From positions 6,272,698-6,336,697 of the forward strand of contig OZ037765.1 in the NCBI GenBank assembly GCA_964035545.1: a DNA stretch of 64,000 nucleotides, in the 5' to 3' direction. Under the pieces are notes generated by a model. It worked only from the letters and a program-made list of their open reading frames with translations, was not told where the DNA came from and searched no databases. The translations under genes were made by a program, and so were the position numbers. Shown here in pieces: positions 33,501 through 46,600 of the stretch (positions are counted from its first letter, which is position 1; every line of letters begins with the position of its first letter). This DNA comes from Bugula neritina (Eukaryota > Animalia > Bryozoa).

Positions 33501-36500
33501 TTATGTGAAAGGATTTGCAAATTGTATTCTACTTATTGACAGAGGAAGAGAAGGCAAAGAAGGATCCAAAATACAAGTTAAAAGCTATAAGTGCGGAGAC
33601 TAGAGATATTCTGAATGAGCTGGACACAACCTACAAGCCAGAGGTAATGTAAGAGTAGTTGATGTAACAGAATTTCTAAATGTAAATACAACAGATTGTC
33701 TACTATCATACTAGACCTACAGTCAAGTGCACTATGCTGTGTACCATACAATAGAGTAATATCAACACGTCATCTGCTGTCAGTAGCCTACAAGAAACTA
33801 TTAGCTCTAATGGCTGAGTGAAATCTAGTAACTCTGAAGTTTTACCACCATTTGGTCATATATTTACAGAGTAGTGATGGAGCTGCCATTTGCTTGTGGG
33901 TTCAACTGTATAAGCCGTTACAATTTGTTAATTGCCGAGTAGTTACCATGATCAGCATAATATAAAAATAGACGTATTGTAATAGTTTAGTTCTATTCAA
34001 TAGATTCTTTATTTCTGCTAGCCCATCAGCAAAAACCAGCTTTGCATTCACTTTCTTCTATTTTACATGATGTGTAGTGGTAAATAATCACTGGCTATGC
34101 TGTGTATTTCACGGTGTATTTGGATGTGGTTGATGAATGGACTTGTTTTCTGGTGACAGTATTTGTAGCTTGATAAAATATGATATTTCTTCAACAGGAA
34201 AAGAAGTCTGTGGAGAAAAGGAAAGCCGATAACGTCAATGCAGTGAGTTTTCAAGTATATCTGGTTGTTTTATTCCCGTGACACATTGTGATTATCCAGA
34301 TATACTTTTTTTAACTGTCTGATGGTATGTTTCACTCATGAAATTCTGAATCTCTCTTTTCAGGCTCACTATTCTACGGGTGCTGTCGCTGCCTCTTTTA
34401 CGTCTACAGCCACCGACAGGGCTACTCATCAAGAAGCAGGTAATGCTGTCTGAATCATAGTTGTGTTTTTGTTCAGATTTTTAGCCTGCAATCATCTCAA
34501 GATTTCTACTTTGAGTCGCATGCTGCTCCCTTCCAACTGTTGAAACTTCAACAATATATAAACTTTGGTAATCATTTTGTTTTGATTGATGCAGATCTGA
34601 TTGATGAGGACAAATTGAAGTATGAACGGGTGAAGAAGAAGGGATATCTCAGGATCCTCACCAATCTCGGCCCTTTGAACGTGGAGCTTCACTGTGATGC
34701 TGTGCCAAAAACTTGTGAGAACTTTTTACTTCTGTGTCAGAGAGGTTATTACAATGGCACACAGTTTCATAGGAGCATTAGAAACTTTATGGTGAGATTT
34801 TTTCCTTATTATTTCATCATTCATATAATCATATTTAAAAAGACTAGTGCCTGATAGAAGAATGCTGGTGATCATGTTATGCCTTGTGATCATCCTTATT
34901 TGTATTCTGCAATTTTATTCTCATCCAATGTTAATAATAAACTAGAATTCTGTCTTAATGTTTGCTATTTCATCTGTCTTTTTATAAAACAACTCAAGTT
35001 TAGGTATATTACTTTCTTGCTTAGCCTATGTTAGAGTCTTCTATTTGTTTCTATTTAATTTTTTCTCTAGATTTGAAATATATCCTTATTTCATATATTA
35101 TATTATTGATACATTGTATTTCTAGCTGTTATTCTATAGTTGTATAATGCTGTGTAAAAATATAATTATTCTAATGGTACATTGTTGTACAGATACAAGG
35201 TGGTGACCCCACAGGCACTGGTAAAGGTGGGGACTCAGCTTGGGGCGGAGCATTTTCAGACGAGTTCAAACCAAATCTTATACACGCTGGTAGAGGTGTG
35301 CTCAGCATGGCCAACTCTGGCACCAACACCAACAAATCACAATTGTATGTTAAGTTCTTTCTTATAATTTGTTTGTATTGTCATTATTATCAGACTCAAT
35401 AAAAACGCACTTTATACACGCACAAATATAATGTAATATAGTGGATGTATAATAAAGACATGCAAAGTGTCTCTTTTTATTATTTTAATATTTTCTCTTG
35501 TAGTTTCTTCACATACAGATCTGCCAGACATTTAGACAACAAGCACACCGTCTTTGGAAAGTAAGTATAAAGTAGACAATTTGTTGTGATTATATAGACT
35601 ACATGTATATATAATGTACATGCATTATAATTTGTATGTTGAATGGCCACAGCCATTATTACTGCAGTTAACAATCATGCATAATTATTATCTGTTACGT
35701 ACTCTTTCATTACAACAGGTTAGTTGGTGGGCTTGAAACTCTAGATAAAATGGAGAAAGTGGAAACAGATAAAAAGGGTGGAGACCGACCCTTAGTGAGT
35801 AATGTTGATCACAACTGTTGGCCACTTGTGGTGAACCAGTTGTTGTGAACCAGTTGTTGTGAGCCTGTAGAGAATCCATGTGTAAAGTAATGTACACACA
35901 TGTGTGGCAACTTGAACTTTGCTTTTTTATGTGTAACTATTGTCCCCTATGGAATAATATTTTGACTCATTTACTATGTTAAAAGATATTTATAAATGTT
36001 ATCTGAAAGTCTACGTGTTTAAATGATTGCATTTTAATCTCAAATTTTTGTTCAAAGGTGGCATACTAAAATTCTCATGTGGCCACCCTGCTTTGTGTTT
36101 TACAATATTTTCTAGTTTATAAATTATATAAAGTGGTTGGAATAATATGTAGGCACTGGCTCACTTACCTACTTGAGTGACAATTTAGCTGAGGTCATTA
36201 TCAAATTTAGTTTATGTTATAATCATTCACATTGACAAACTATTACTTGAAAACGAAAGTTTCACAAAATTGAAATTAATTTCGGTTAGCTATTATTTTT
36301 TATTTGGCCAGTTTAGTTGCACTGTGAAAAGCAATATGCTTTTTCAAAAGCAAATTAAAGCAAATGCTTTCACTCTAACATTTATTTAAGCCATTAAACA
36401 TCACTGAAGGAATTAAGTATTTCAATGTAAGAGAAAAGTTACTAGTCTGAACTTGTAAGGACTAGTGTCTTCAGCATTTGACATATTTTATTATTATATT

Positions 36501-37166
36501 ACTACATCCATCATAGACAAAGTCACCATTGTTCAAACTTTCTTGTCACCAGTCTATCACACACCTCTTGATTATCTCCCCTTCTCTGTATTTTCAGCAA
36601 GACATTATATTTGAGTCGTGTCAAGTGTTCGTAAATCCTTATGAAGAAGCTGCTGAGCAGGTATGTTTCATATTCACATTATAAATGTATAAATCTCGCT
36701 TAATTTTCAATAATGAAAGCAAAATGTGTTTTATTATAAGTTTCCTGTATTTCTTTCACATGTTTTGAGCTATAATAGGACTAGCTCAGCAATCAGCAAT
36801 TTTTTAATTGTTTTACTAATATAATTACATTGCTTTACTAATGTTTGCAGTTGGCAAAGGAAAGGGAAGAGAGAAAGAAGCAAGAAATTGAAGAGGCCAA
36901 GAAACTACTGCCAAAAAGACCTAGAAAAGCTGAAGACGAAGAAATGACAGTGTATAAATCAAGTGGTGTCGGCAAATACATTAATCCTTCCTCGTAAGTA
37001 TCATGTTGCATGTGAGGGAGTTGTCAGACCTTTCTATGTTGAATAAGAGCTGTCATTATTATCTGTTATTGTTTTTAGCAATCAGGCAGAAAATGAAGTG
37101 TCAGAACCCATTACTAAGAAAAAGAAAACAGCTACAGGATCGTTTGGTGATTTTAGTAGCTGGTAA
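30525..37166 (+). CDS. PPIL2: RING/U-box cyclophilin (Cyp60)
   Basis: Starts [14 protein letters not shown]; FRRLPF; [19 protein letters not shown]; [15 protein letters not shown]; cyclophilin domain KTCENF...[19 protein letters not shown]...MANSG; ends FGDFSSW* at 37166. Confidence 0.96.
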
Positions 37167-40100
37167 CAGAACAGTAAAGAAAAATATGGACACTATTATT
37201 TATATAACCTATTATGTATATAGTGAATGACACTGTTGATGTATATAGCTTGAACTAGATATACCAAGACTGTAAAAGTGGAATGTAAAATGGAGGCACT
37301 ATTCAAAGCTTTAAGTTTTCATAAAGCTTTTTTATTTTGCAAGTAGTTATGTTATTAAGATGCATGCAAAGGCATTTTCTACGTATAGATAAAACTGTTT
37401 CGAGACTGTTGCCAAGTTTATCTTTTTATACCCTGTAAAGGCATGGTTGGTAACTTCTAAATGATCATTTTTGTAATTTTACTGTGGTTAATTTCTCCAT
37501 TTTTCTTCAAACACATTCTATATTTTTCTCACTGTTGAACTTTCATTAATTGCTAGAGTAACCATAGGTGAGCTCAAAGTTAGTAGCTTCTTGGGGTACT
37601 CTTATAAATATATCTTTTTTATAAGAAAATTAAAATATTGCTTTTTGTATTATTTTCTAGTCTGAACTTATTGACAGTATGAACAATAAGGAGAAGCCTA
37701 CTATCACTGCTTTCCCATGCTTGCAATGGATTCCTGCTGAATGCTCTTAGGGATAGATTTGCAGTTGCATTAACTTATTGACAAATGAAAAATACCTTCC
37801 AATAATGCAAAGCATGGGGACATACTGAAAATAGCAATATAGAAGGTGTTTGTGTATTTCCTGCAGATGAGTTTATAAAGTTAATATTGTAAGCTAAGGA
37901 GTTTAATTGGGATCTACTTTGCCTACGGAATCTTCTAGCTGATTATTTAAATATCGTTGGTATCACAAATATGTGTAAGCAATTTTGTTTTTTAACAACT
38001 TCGCTCATATAGAATCATTTTACATCCTTGCAGGAGTCTTCACCCTTGAATACGAAAATGACCAAGTCCATATATACATTTGATTGAAAGAAAATTATTG
38101 TGATCCTGCCAGCTTGTTGGGTAGCAATTTCAAAGCTAAATCAACCACCCGTAAAATATAACATTAATAAGCAGCATTAGTACAGTGGGAGAAGCTAGCA
38201 ACAATTCTAAAAACAGGTATCCTGTATCGTATGTTAGGCCAAGTATCCAATTAGTTGTGTTATTTATCATTACTCTCAATGAGTTCAAAATATCTGTTCC
38301 AGTTCAATAATTACCCTCATTGGAGTGTGTCAAAAATAAGTATAGAGTACTCACCAAACTTGAGTAATTCTACCTATTCGCAATAGTCAGATGACATCAA
38401 TGTCATGACAGATTTTTCTTTCTTGTCATATGGCACGAGTTATTCTCTCAATTCCGTTTGACAATAAGATTCTCATTAATATCTGTGTGATAAACAGTAT
38501 AGTTCGATAGTTAATTTTGTTTTAGATTATTACCCTCCTGAGAGGGTGTCAAAAATAAGTCTATAGACTCATTGTAATGTTCCTCTCCACGGAAATCTTT
38601 AGTAAAAGGCGAAAGATTTATACGTGGATATGAAGAGAAACCAGAGTACCGAAGCAACCGCGACTTGCTTAACCAACGTAATAAAAATATATATTTTATA
38701 GGTGTGTAACTGTACAATATTAAAAGATATTTGTCAAAATGTACATTTATTATTTTGTTTTAATTTTTAAAATCATTTTAATGTTTTATATGTATAAAAA
38801 CTTTTAAAAAATTTTATCCTTGTATAATATTTTTATTATTAAATTTTATGGCATGTGGAGACCACTCCCAAATAATTTTATACTTCTGTTAAAACGAACG
38901 CGATTGGATAGAATGTAGTGGCAATAATTGATATATAACAAAAATTGTATTCAGGCAATTTATGAGCATGTAGGAAAAAATATTTTAAGAGCACGTATAG
39001 TAAAAACAGTAACTGAGAGCTATTTTTATTATCATTGACTTATATATGGAAGCAGGAGGGGAGGCAGTCATAAAAGTTTGGGGAAGGTGCGTACTGCGTA
39101 GTACGTTCACTACTATTCATTGAAATGTTCCGAACTTAACATTACCTCAAATATAACAACTCATTGCAGAAATCCAACAATAGTGTAAGGTAGTTGAATG
39201 AAATGACCTAATTCCCTACACTCCAGGAAACACAAAAGCCAAAATAGTGCACTTTCAATTTAAATTATACACAACTATATAGCTAGATACCAGTTATTAG
39301 AATTTGAAATGTAACTTGTAAGACCAATATAAATGGCAAACAATATCTTGTTAGAGAAGTGCAATATATATTCTAAACAAGTTTTAAAAAATCAAACTTT
39401 AATGAACAAATGTTCTAAAATCTATAAAAGTTAGAACTGCTAAAAGCCTAGGCCAGGTGCCAAAAACAACATTTTAGCACATAAGTATTTGTTTGACTAA
39501 TTATTATTGCTTATAAGATAAACAAACCTCAACTGTTCTGAATAGTTTATAAACAGTTACAAATTTTCAACAAAGTATTTTCAACAACAATTAATGAGTT
39601 CTTGCATTTTTTTACAACTTTTGTATATTGCATAAGTTATAAGAAGCAGACCAGCATTCAGATCACTATTTATAACATTTATGTATTTAGTATCAACTTA
39701 AAACTACATACCAGCTTCAAAATTTTAAAGTGCATAAAATATCCATCATGAATATAATGACATCTCTACAAACTGCCTCTTTTTGGCTGATAAAAAATTA
39801 TATAAATGTTCATGAAACTTATTTTATTCAAAATTTACACTGTAATGACCAGCATGGCAATTTGTGCATAACTACTAATTTTCAGGTGGTTGTTGGTCTT
39901 GGATTTTAAATGAGTGTTATATAGCACAGCTTAGCATTCGAAGTACAATGATGAGCTTGGTAAAGCAACTCCAATACCTGTCAGTATTGACTGTCGCATG
40001 AAGGCAACCTTCGACTTGAGAGTAAGATGACTAAGAGTGGAGTACATATGACACACTATATAGAAGCATATTAAACTATGACGCACTATACAGAAGCATA

Positions 40101-40750
40101 TTAAACTAAATAATCTTGTTTTGAAGTATTTCTTGTTGTATTATACTGTTGTGATTAAAACAAAGTTATGAACATATAAATACAATGCGAATTTATCATT
40201 TATATTTTGCAGAAACTTTTGTTTTACACATATTACAAAAAAAACTTTATAACTTGGGTTTTTTATAAAGTCCGAGATATTTTTATTTTGCGTAATTAAA
40301 ATTTCCTCAAAGATGCTGAAGTTGGAGATTTCTTGAAAGAGTAGAAATTTGAGTTTTAGGCAAAAGCAACTTGAAAAGCCTAGAAGATTCAACAAGTATG
40401 ATTGAAATAAGATTAGAATAATTCAAATCATGTTAATTTTTGTTACTAAGGCAACGAATCTTGCAACCTGTCAGCTGTTTTAAAACAGCCAATGAAGTTG
40501 TTGAAAGAATGTGAAATGCCAAACCTACAGTTACATTATTATTTAATGGGATAAGAAAAATGGCAAAGGGCATACAATTATAAAAATAATGACAATATTC
40601 TACAATAACACATTTATCACAGATGCATTTTATTTTGAACAGGGTTGTCAAAAATATAAATAATCTCTGCTGTACACAAAACATATATATCTACAAACAT
40701 TAAAATAACAAAAATACATCAACAATACATCTATGAATAAGTTAACATCA

Positions 40751-40920
40751 GACTGGCTAGACTATGTAATGGGAGTTGTGTACAACTAGCGTGACTATGC
40801 AATGGGAACTGTGTATGACTGGCATGACTATGTGATGGGAACTGTGTATGACTGGCATGACTATGTGATGGGAACTGTGTATGACTGGCATGACTATGCA
40901 ATGGGAGCGTGTGTGCTGGC
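40751..40920. repeat. 33-bp minisatellite, ~5 copies
   Basis: Tandem unit GACTATGYRATGGGAACTGTGTATGACTGGCAT with no spacers; overlaps the RAD51D stop codon. Confidence 0.92.
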
Positions 40921-42695
40921 TGTAATCTGGCAGTTATACGAGAGAGTTGGTGTTTCCTGGTATCCCATCAAAAGAATCTGCTTATCAGCTGTTTGCTGCC
41001 AATAAACTCCAAGTGCTGGCTTAGGTAATCCTCTGGGACCCACACCAGTTACAGTTCCATTTATTACCTGTTTGATATTTAGGCAAAAAATAAATACAAT
41101 ATATTACAATTATATTAGAGAACACAACTCTCTGAGCTTGCTTTGAGTGCACCAGATAACAGCTTAAAACACACCCATGCATGCCAAGATTGAATGAACT
41201 GGGAATTAATAATATCAACAATATGTGTTAAATGAGTGTATGTCTTGGCGTGTCTGTGTGTAAATATAAATTATACACAATTTTATAAACATAATAAAAG
41301 AGTAAAAGACAAAACTAGGTTGAATGCTCACCAAAACTGCTACATTCAGTTCTATCGAAAGACGTCTTAGCAAAGTGCTTACCGAATTGACTACTGCATA
41401 CCCTACAAATATTAAAATAAGTGAAAATAGTGTGGAGATAAATGAAACTCGTTCATATTATGAGAAAGACATTACAAATTGCTCACCGTCTGAGGACTTG
41501 TACTCCAAGATTGGTGACAGCAATGCTGATATGCTGTCTATTACTATCAACGTGACTTTAGTGTAAACTTCATGCGACTGAAATCACCAAATGCAGTAAT
41601 AAACAAATACTAGCTACACACATGAATAGTAATGAAAAAATAACTTTGCCTATATCTTTCTCTAAATACATGCAAAAGCGAAAAAAAATTTTACTTTACC
41701 TTTGACTTTTTAGCTTCTATAAAAGTATAAAGTAATTCTTGAAGCGCAAACACATCAAATATTGGACACACTAATATTTTCTTTAAAACTCCTGCATCCG
41801 CCTACAAAAATGCTTGAATATTAATTCTCTTACTAGAAAAGCCATAATAAACTGAATTATACTCCAATGTAATTTACTGTGCCTGTATGTTTTTGTTGTA
41901 CTTATGTAATATTTCTGTAGCTCTTGTGGTGCAAAAACTGTTAGAAGTGTCTACATAGATGGCATGGCATCGTTGTCTAAAACATGCTAATACAGTGGTG
42001 TGAATCATCAGCTGAGTTTTTCCTTGACCAGAAGGGCCGTATACTTCAACTACTTCACCAGTTCGAAAGCCACCGTCAAGAAGTTTATCTAATCTGTAAG
42101 AATATTTTAATGTATTATTTGAAGGAACAATGTTCAAATTATAAAAATAGTGAATAAAATTAACATTCACAGATACCTATTAGAATAATTAAATTCAAGC
42201 GTTGTAACTTATTTAAATGTATTCTATGACTGGCATTTCAAATCATTGAAACTTGAAAGCTGTTCCTATAACAAGTACTAGATAAAACTCGATTACTAAC
42301 TTTGATGAACCAGTACGAAGTACTAGAGTCTGTTCCAAAGCTTTCTTGCTCAGATATTGTCCTGAGCGCAACAAACATTTGTGCTTACTAATGATGGCAC
42401 AACGTAATAGCATTACATTCTAAAAAAAAACATCCAGTTTCATTATCACAGTACATAACAAAAACCCATGCATATATAATTTTGATTCCTTGTCAATTAC
42501 AAAATGTTTTACTATTAGTTAATTAGAATGATCAAAATTTGAACTCACTTGTTCTCCAATTGTGTGCTTATTAGCTTCTTTGACTTGTTCAAAGTTTTTT
42601 AAAAAGTCTTCAGCTGATAGAAAACCTTCATTATTAAATGACTTTGCTACAACTTCTCCAAGAATTTCATAAGCAACTTCAGCTACTTTTACCAT
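40894..42695 (-). CDS. RAD51D: RAD51 paralog, most similar to RAD51D
   Basis: Seven exons: [35 protein letters not shown] (Walker A), YVDTSNSF, IFDVFAL, LIVIDSISALLSPIL (Walker B), ELNVAVLVIN, KPALGVYW. The model requires one GC-AG intron. Confidence 0.85.
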
Positions 42696-43429
42696 AATTC
42701 CTGAAATTACAATAAATATTTTTTAAAATCTTTCTCTATAAAGTTTGAAACATTTCAAGAAAATTTTAATATCCATACTGATTGTAAAACTAAATTAATA
42801 TAAATTTATAATAATAATATTGATTTAAATTTAATAAACATAATGGTAAAATTGTTACAAAATACAATATCAATATGAATATCAAATTCAATATGAAATT
42901 GAAAATCAATATCGATATGAACATGAAAGCAATCAACTATCAACTGTGAGTGTGAGCAAATGCATTAAATTCACTTTACACAATACTTACACTAAATACA
43001 TTACTGATTACTTATTAGTGATTAAATCTAGTTTTACTGATTACCTCAGTCATTACTCATTAGTCATTACTGATTACTTGAGTGATTACAAAATTGAAAT
43101 GCTCAAATTGAAATACCATCGGCATCACCATCACCATGAGCCATGATGATGAGGCTTGAACTTGAAGTTTATCATCACATTTCAAATATTTATATTATTT
43201 AATGAATAGATACGCAACATTCATACTATTATTTCAAATTATTAGCATTACTATAACTAAACAAATAAAAACTTGTGAGTGCAATTTAAATTAGTAAATT
43301 ACTAATTAAGTAATTTCATTTATTCATATTGTTTCAAACTTGGTGGTAGCAATGAACCTTGACATTAACTTCGAAAGCGACCTTGGTCAGCTCACCTTTG
43401 CTGAATAATCGTACGAGCGGGTCGAATTA

Positions 43430-43668
43430 CCTTTCATCAACAACTAATACCAGTGCTAAATCGAATAAGATAATCCTAGTCTACTAATGGGGCAATGAGA
43501 AAAATATCGCTAGAAGCAGCTACGAAATTGGAGTGACTGGGTACAGTATTTGTATACACATCGTTATCCGAATTCCAAATCCTCAACTCCAAACTCGAGA
43601 ACCCGAACTACTACACTCAGTCACCTCCAATTCGGCGCTGTTTCAAGCAGTTTTTCTGTAAGAAAGTG
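43430..43668. promoter_or_regulatory. Bidirectional promoter region RAD51D / GCN1
   Basis: CpG-containing segment between a minus-strand splice donor (~43429; RAD51D 5'UTR exon) and the GCN1 ATG at 43669. Confidence 0.55.
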
Positions 43669-46600
43669 ATGGCGAAACAAGAGGTTAGTTGGTATTTTTT
43701 CCCACGTTGTCACTATAATTTTGGTTATAAATTTGTTATTAGACTATTTAATGTATGATATTGAGTTTTTATTTATGGCCTATAAGTTACTATGAATATA
43801 GACAATGAATAATGAATTTAATTTTAATGATGGGAGTTGTACTATGGTCTATCACTATGACTATCACTATGAGTATGAGCCTGAGGTTAAAATTAGTATT
43901 ACTATTACTATTAGTATTAGTATTACTGTATTACTATTAGTATTAGTATTACGATTAGTATTACTATTAGTATTACACTTACAGTCTTACTCTTAGTCTT
44001 ACACTAACAGTGACAGTGACTCAAATACTAATAGTAAGTGTAAGTGTAAGACTAAGTGTAATACTATCACTATGACTTACACTGTTACAGTAACACTAAC
44101 AGTATGATTATGGGTATGACTGTGAGTATCAGTATGACATTGACTATTAGTATTAGTATTACTATGAGTATCAGTAACTGTAAGTGTAACTCAAACTGCC
44201 AGAGTATAGTTTTAGTTTAAGTATTACTATTAATATTAGTATTACTTCGGGTTGGTATAAGTATAACTATTACATTTACTTTTAGTTGAAGTGATTTACT
44301 TTAAGTATAAGTATAGCTATAACTATTGCTACGAGTATGTCTATAGTGTTGCTGTAAGTGTAAATATTAAATTTAATATAACGGTTACACTTACTACTAC
44401 TAGAAGTACTAGTATTAGTATAAGTATTACTATTACTAATACTATTGTCTATTAGTATTTTATTACTATTAGATTTAGTATATGTGGTACTAATACTGCT
44501 AATAGTACTAGTATAACACTTTAAGTTTAACTCAATAACTATAAGGACAAATCATTACTGTATAAAATTTAAATAATGTAGTTTGTTACTATAAATACTA
44601 GTATACCTCCAATTAAAGTATAAGTATTGGTATTGCATTTACTGATATATCTTTATGAATGGTACTAGTAGGCGCAGTAGTTTTACTATCGCTATTACTT
44701 TTAAAATATTCCAAGAGTGATAGAGTTTGTGTTTTAGTACTACTACTAGTGCTACTACCGCCACTGCCATCACTATTAGTCCCACTACTCTTGGTACTAC
44801 TGAAGTACTGATAATACTGTATCACCACTAACATATTAGTATTACTATTATTCTACTAGTAATAAACTTTCATTAATGGTCAATGTGTATGGATAAGATT
44901 AAAAGTAAATTTTGTATGTTGCAATTATACAATTAAAATTTTGCGTGTATAGTACTAGTTACTTAGCTAAGTGCTTTTGATTCTATATAAAATTTAGCAT
45001 GTTTCTAAGTCATAAATAAGCAATAGCACATTTTCGCTATTAGAACTACGGTATGGCTTCATAAAGTTATTCCTTATTCTCTTTACTCTAGAGTTTATCT
45101 ACTAATTTATATTTAGAGCCCCAAGTTTTCAAATTTATTCAATACTTAGATTGATCATGTGATGAATTGTCATAAATTTACATTACATAGTGTTTTGCAT
45201 TTAACTCTTACAGCAAAATTGTATTTTAGTTAGCAGACGTGTTAAAGTCTCTTAAGAATACACTTAGCTCAGTTTCCAGTAAGAGGATATGCTCCGTATA
45301 CAATCAGCTCTCAGCATTAGTTGAAGATGAAAGTTCAGGTGAGCATCTTGAAGTTAGTTATAATAATAATAATCTTGTGTGCACTCATGTGTTCTCAAGC
45401 TATCCGATGTATTCAGGCAATTAGTCTGCAGTCAGGTAAATTTTTTATATCATTCGCAAAGTAAAAATTCTTTAGTTTATTTTATGCTAAAGAGCATGAA
45501 TTTGAAATTGAAAATATAAATATTTAACAAGATTTGATAAAAGATTTTATGCTTGCATTGTTTGTAGCCATTTTTAAGAATGAACTAAATATTTGTATGT
45601 TTTTATGAATATGCAGCTAATTTGCTGTAGGTTTTACTGATGGGTTGTTGAAAGGAATATACAAATGCATGCTCGTGCCCTTGGGGCAATATAACAACAG
45701 CAAGGCACAGAATGCTGCCATCAAGTTCATTCAACTCAGTGCTAAGAAATATTCTTCTGTCGCTGCCAAGCATTTTCTAGATGCTTCCAAAGAGTTTTGT
45801 GGAAAGCAGCCAGTCTCCAGGTAACTAGTGAAAAGCCAAAGTACGAAAACTGGTTATTTCTTAATTCCAAATCAGTTCTTGCACAACCTTATCTTGTTAC
45901 GTTTAATATTTCATTGTAAACTTGAATGATCTCCGAGATCACACTCAAGTTATCTTGATGTATTTGGATAGCAGCGCCGGTGTTTTTAGTGTATTTTTAG
46001 TATATGAGTATATTTAGCATATGAGGCAGCACTTGTATTTTACTCGCAATATGAGTAAGTCCATCACGCCAGTGAATCTTGCCGCTTTGTTAGTAAAAAA
46101 ATTATTCTGATTTGCAGTTTCGGGACTGGCTGGTTGTACTGGCTGGGTTGGTCAGAGGTGATTATGTCCCACGTATTGGGGGAGACAACTCTACTGACCC
46201 AGTTGATGAAATACCAGGCTGCTGTCATCTACTCTCTCAGCTCTTGTCAGAGAAAACCTGTGCAGTCAAGTGTATGTCGTCTCTGGAATCGGATTCTTTT
46301 CAAGGTATGTTAAAGAGAAAGTATCTGTACTGTACTATCTGTACTCTACTATCTGTACTCTACTATCTGTACTGTACTATCTGTACTCTACTATCTGTAC
46401 TCTACTATCTGTACTGTACTATCTGTACTGTACTATCTGTACTGTATTATCTGTACTGTACTATCTGTACTATACTATCTGTACTATACTATCTGTACTA
46501 TACTATCTGTACTCTTCTATACTGTACTATCTGTACTGTACTATCTGTACTCTACTATCTGTACTCTACTCTCTGTACTGTACTATCTGTACTGTACTCT

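Noticed and set aside
35814-36090. GTGGCCACCCTG resembling a hAT-type TIR
   Set aside because: No convincing matching opposite end or 8-bp TSD.
38325-39120. Short direct repeat GTGTCAAAAATAAGT and GC-richer patches between PPIL2 and RAD51D
   Set aside because: Possibly TE debris, but no boundaries, ORF or RNA fold could be supported.
40751-40920. 33-bp repeats as a CRISPR array
   Set aside because: Head-to-tail units with no unique spacers, eukaryotic context and no cas genes.
43805-44834. Low-complexity ORFs (ITITIS/LVLVL, Ser/Thr-rich) in GCN1 intron 1
   Set aside because: By-products of the hexamer-periodic tract; no splice or homology support.
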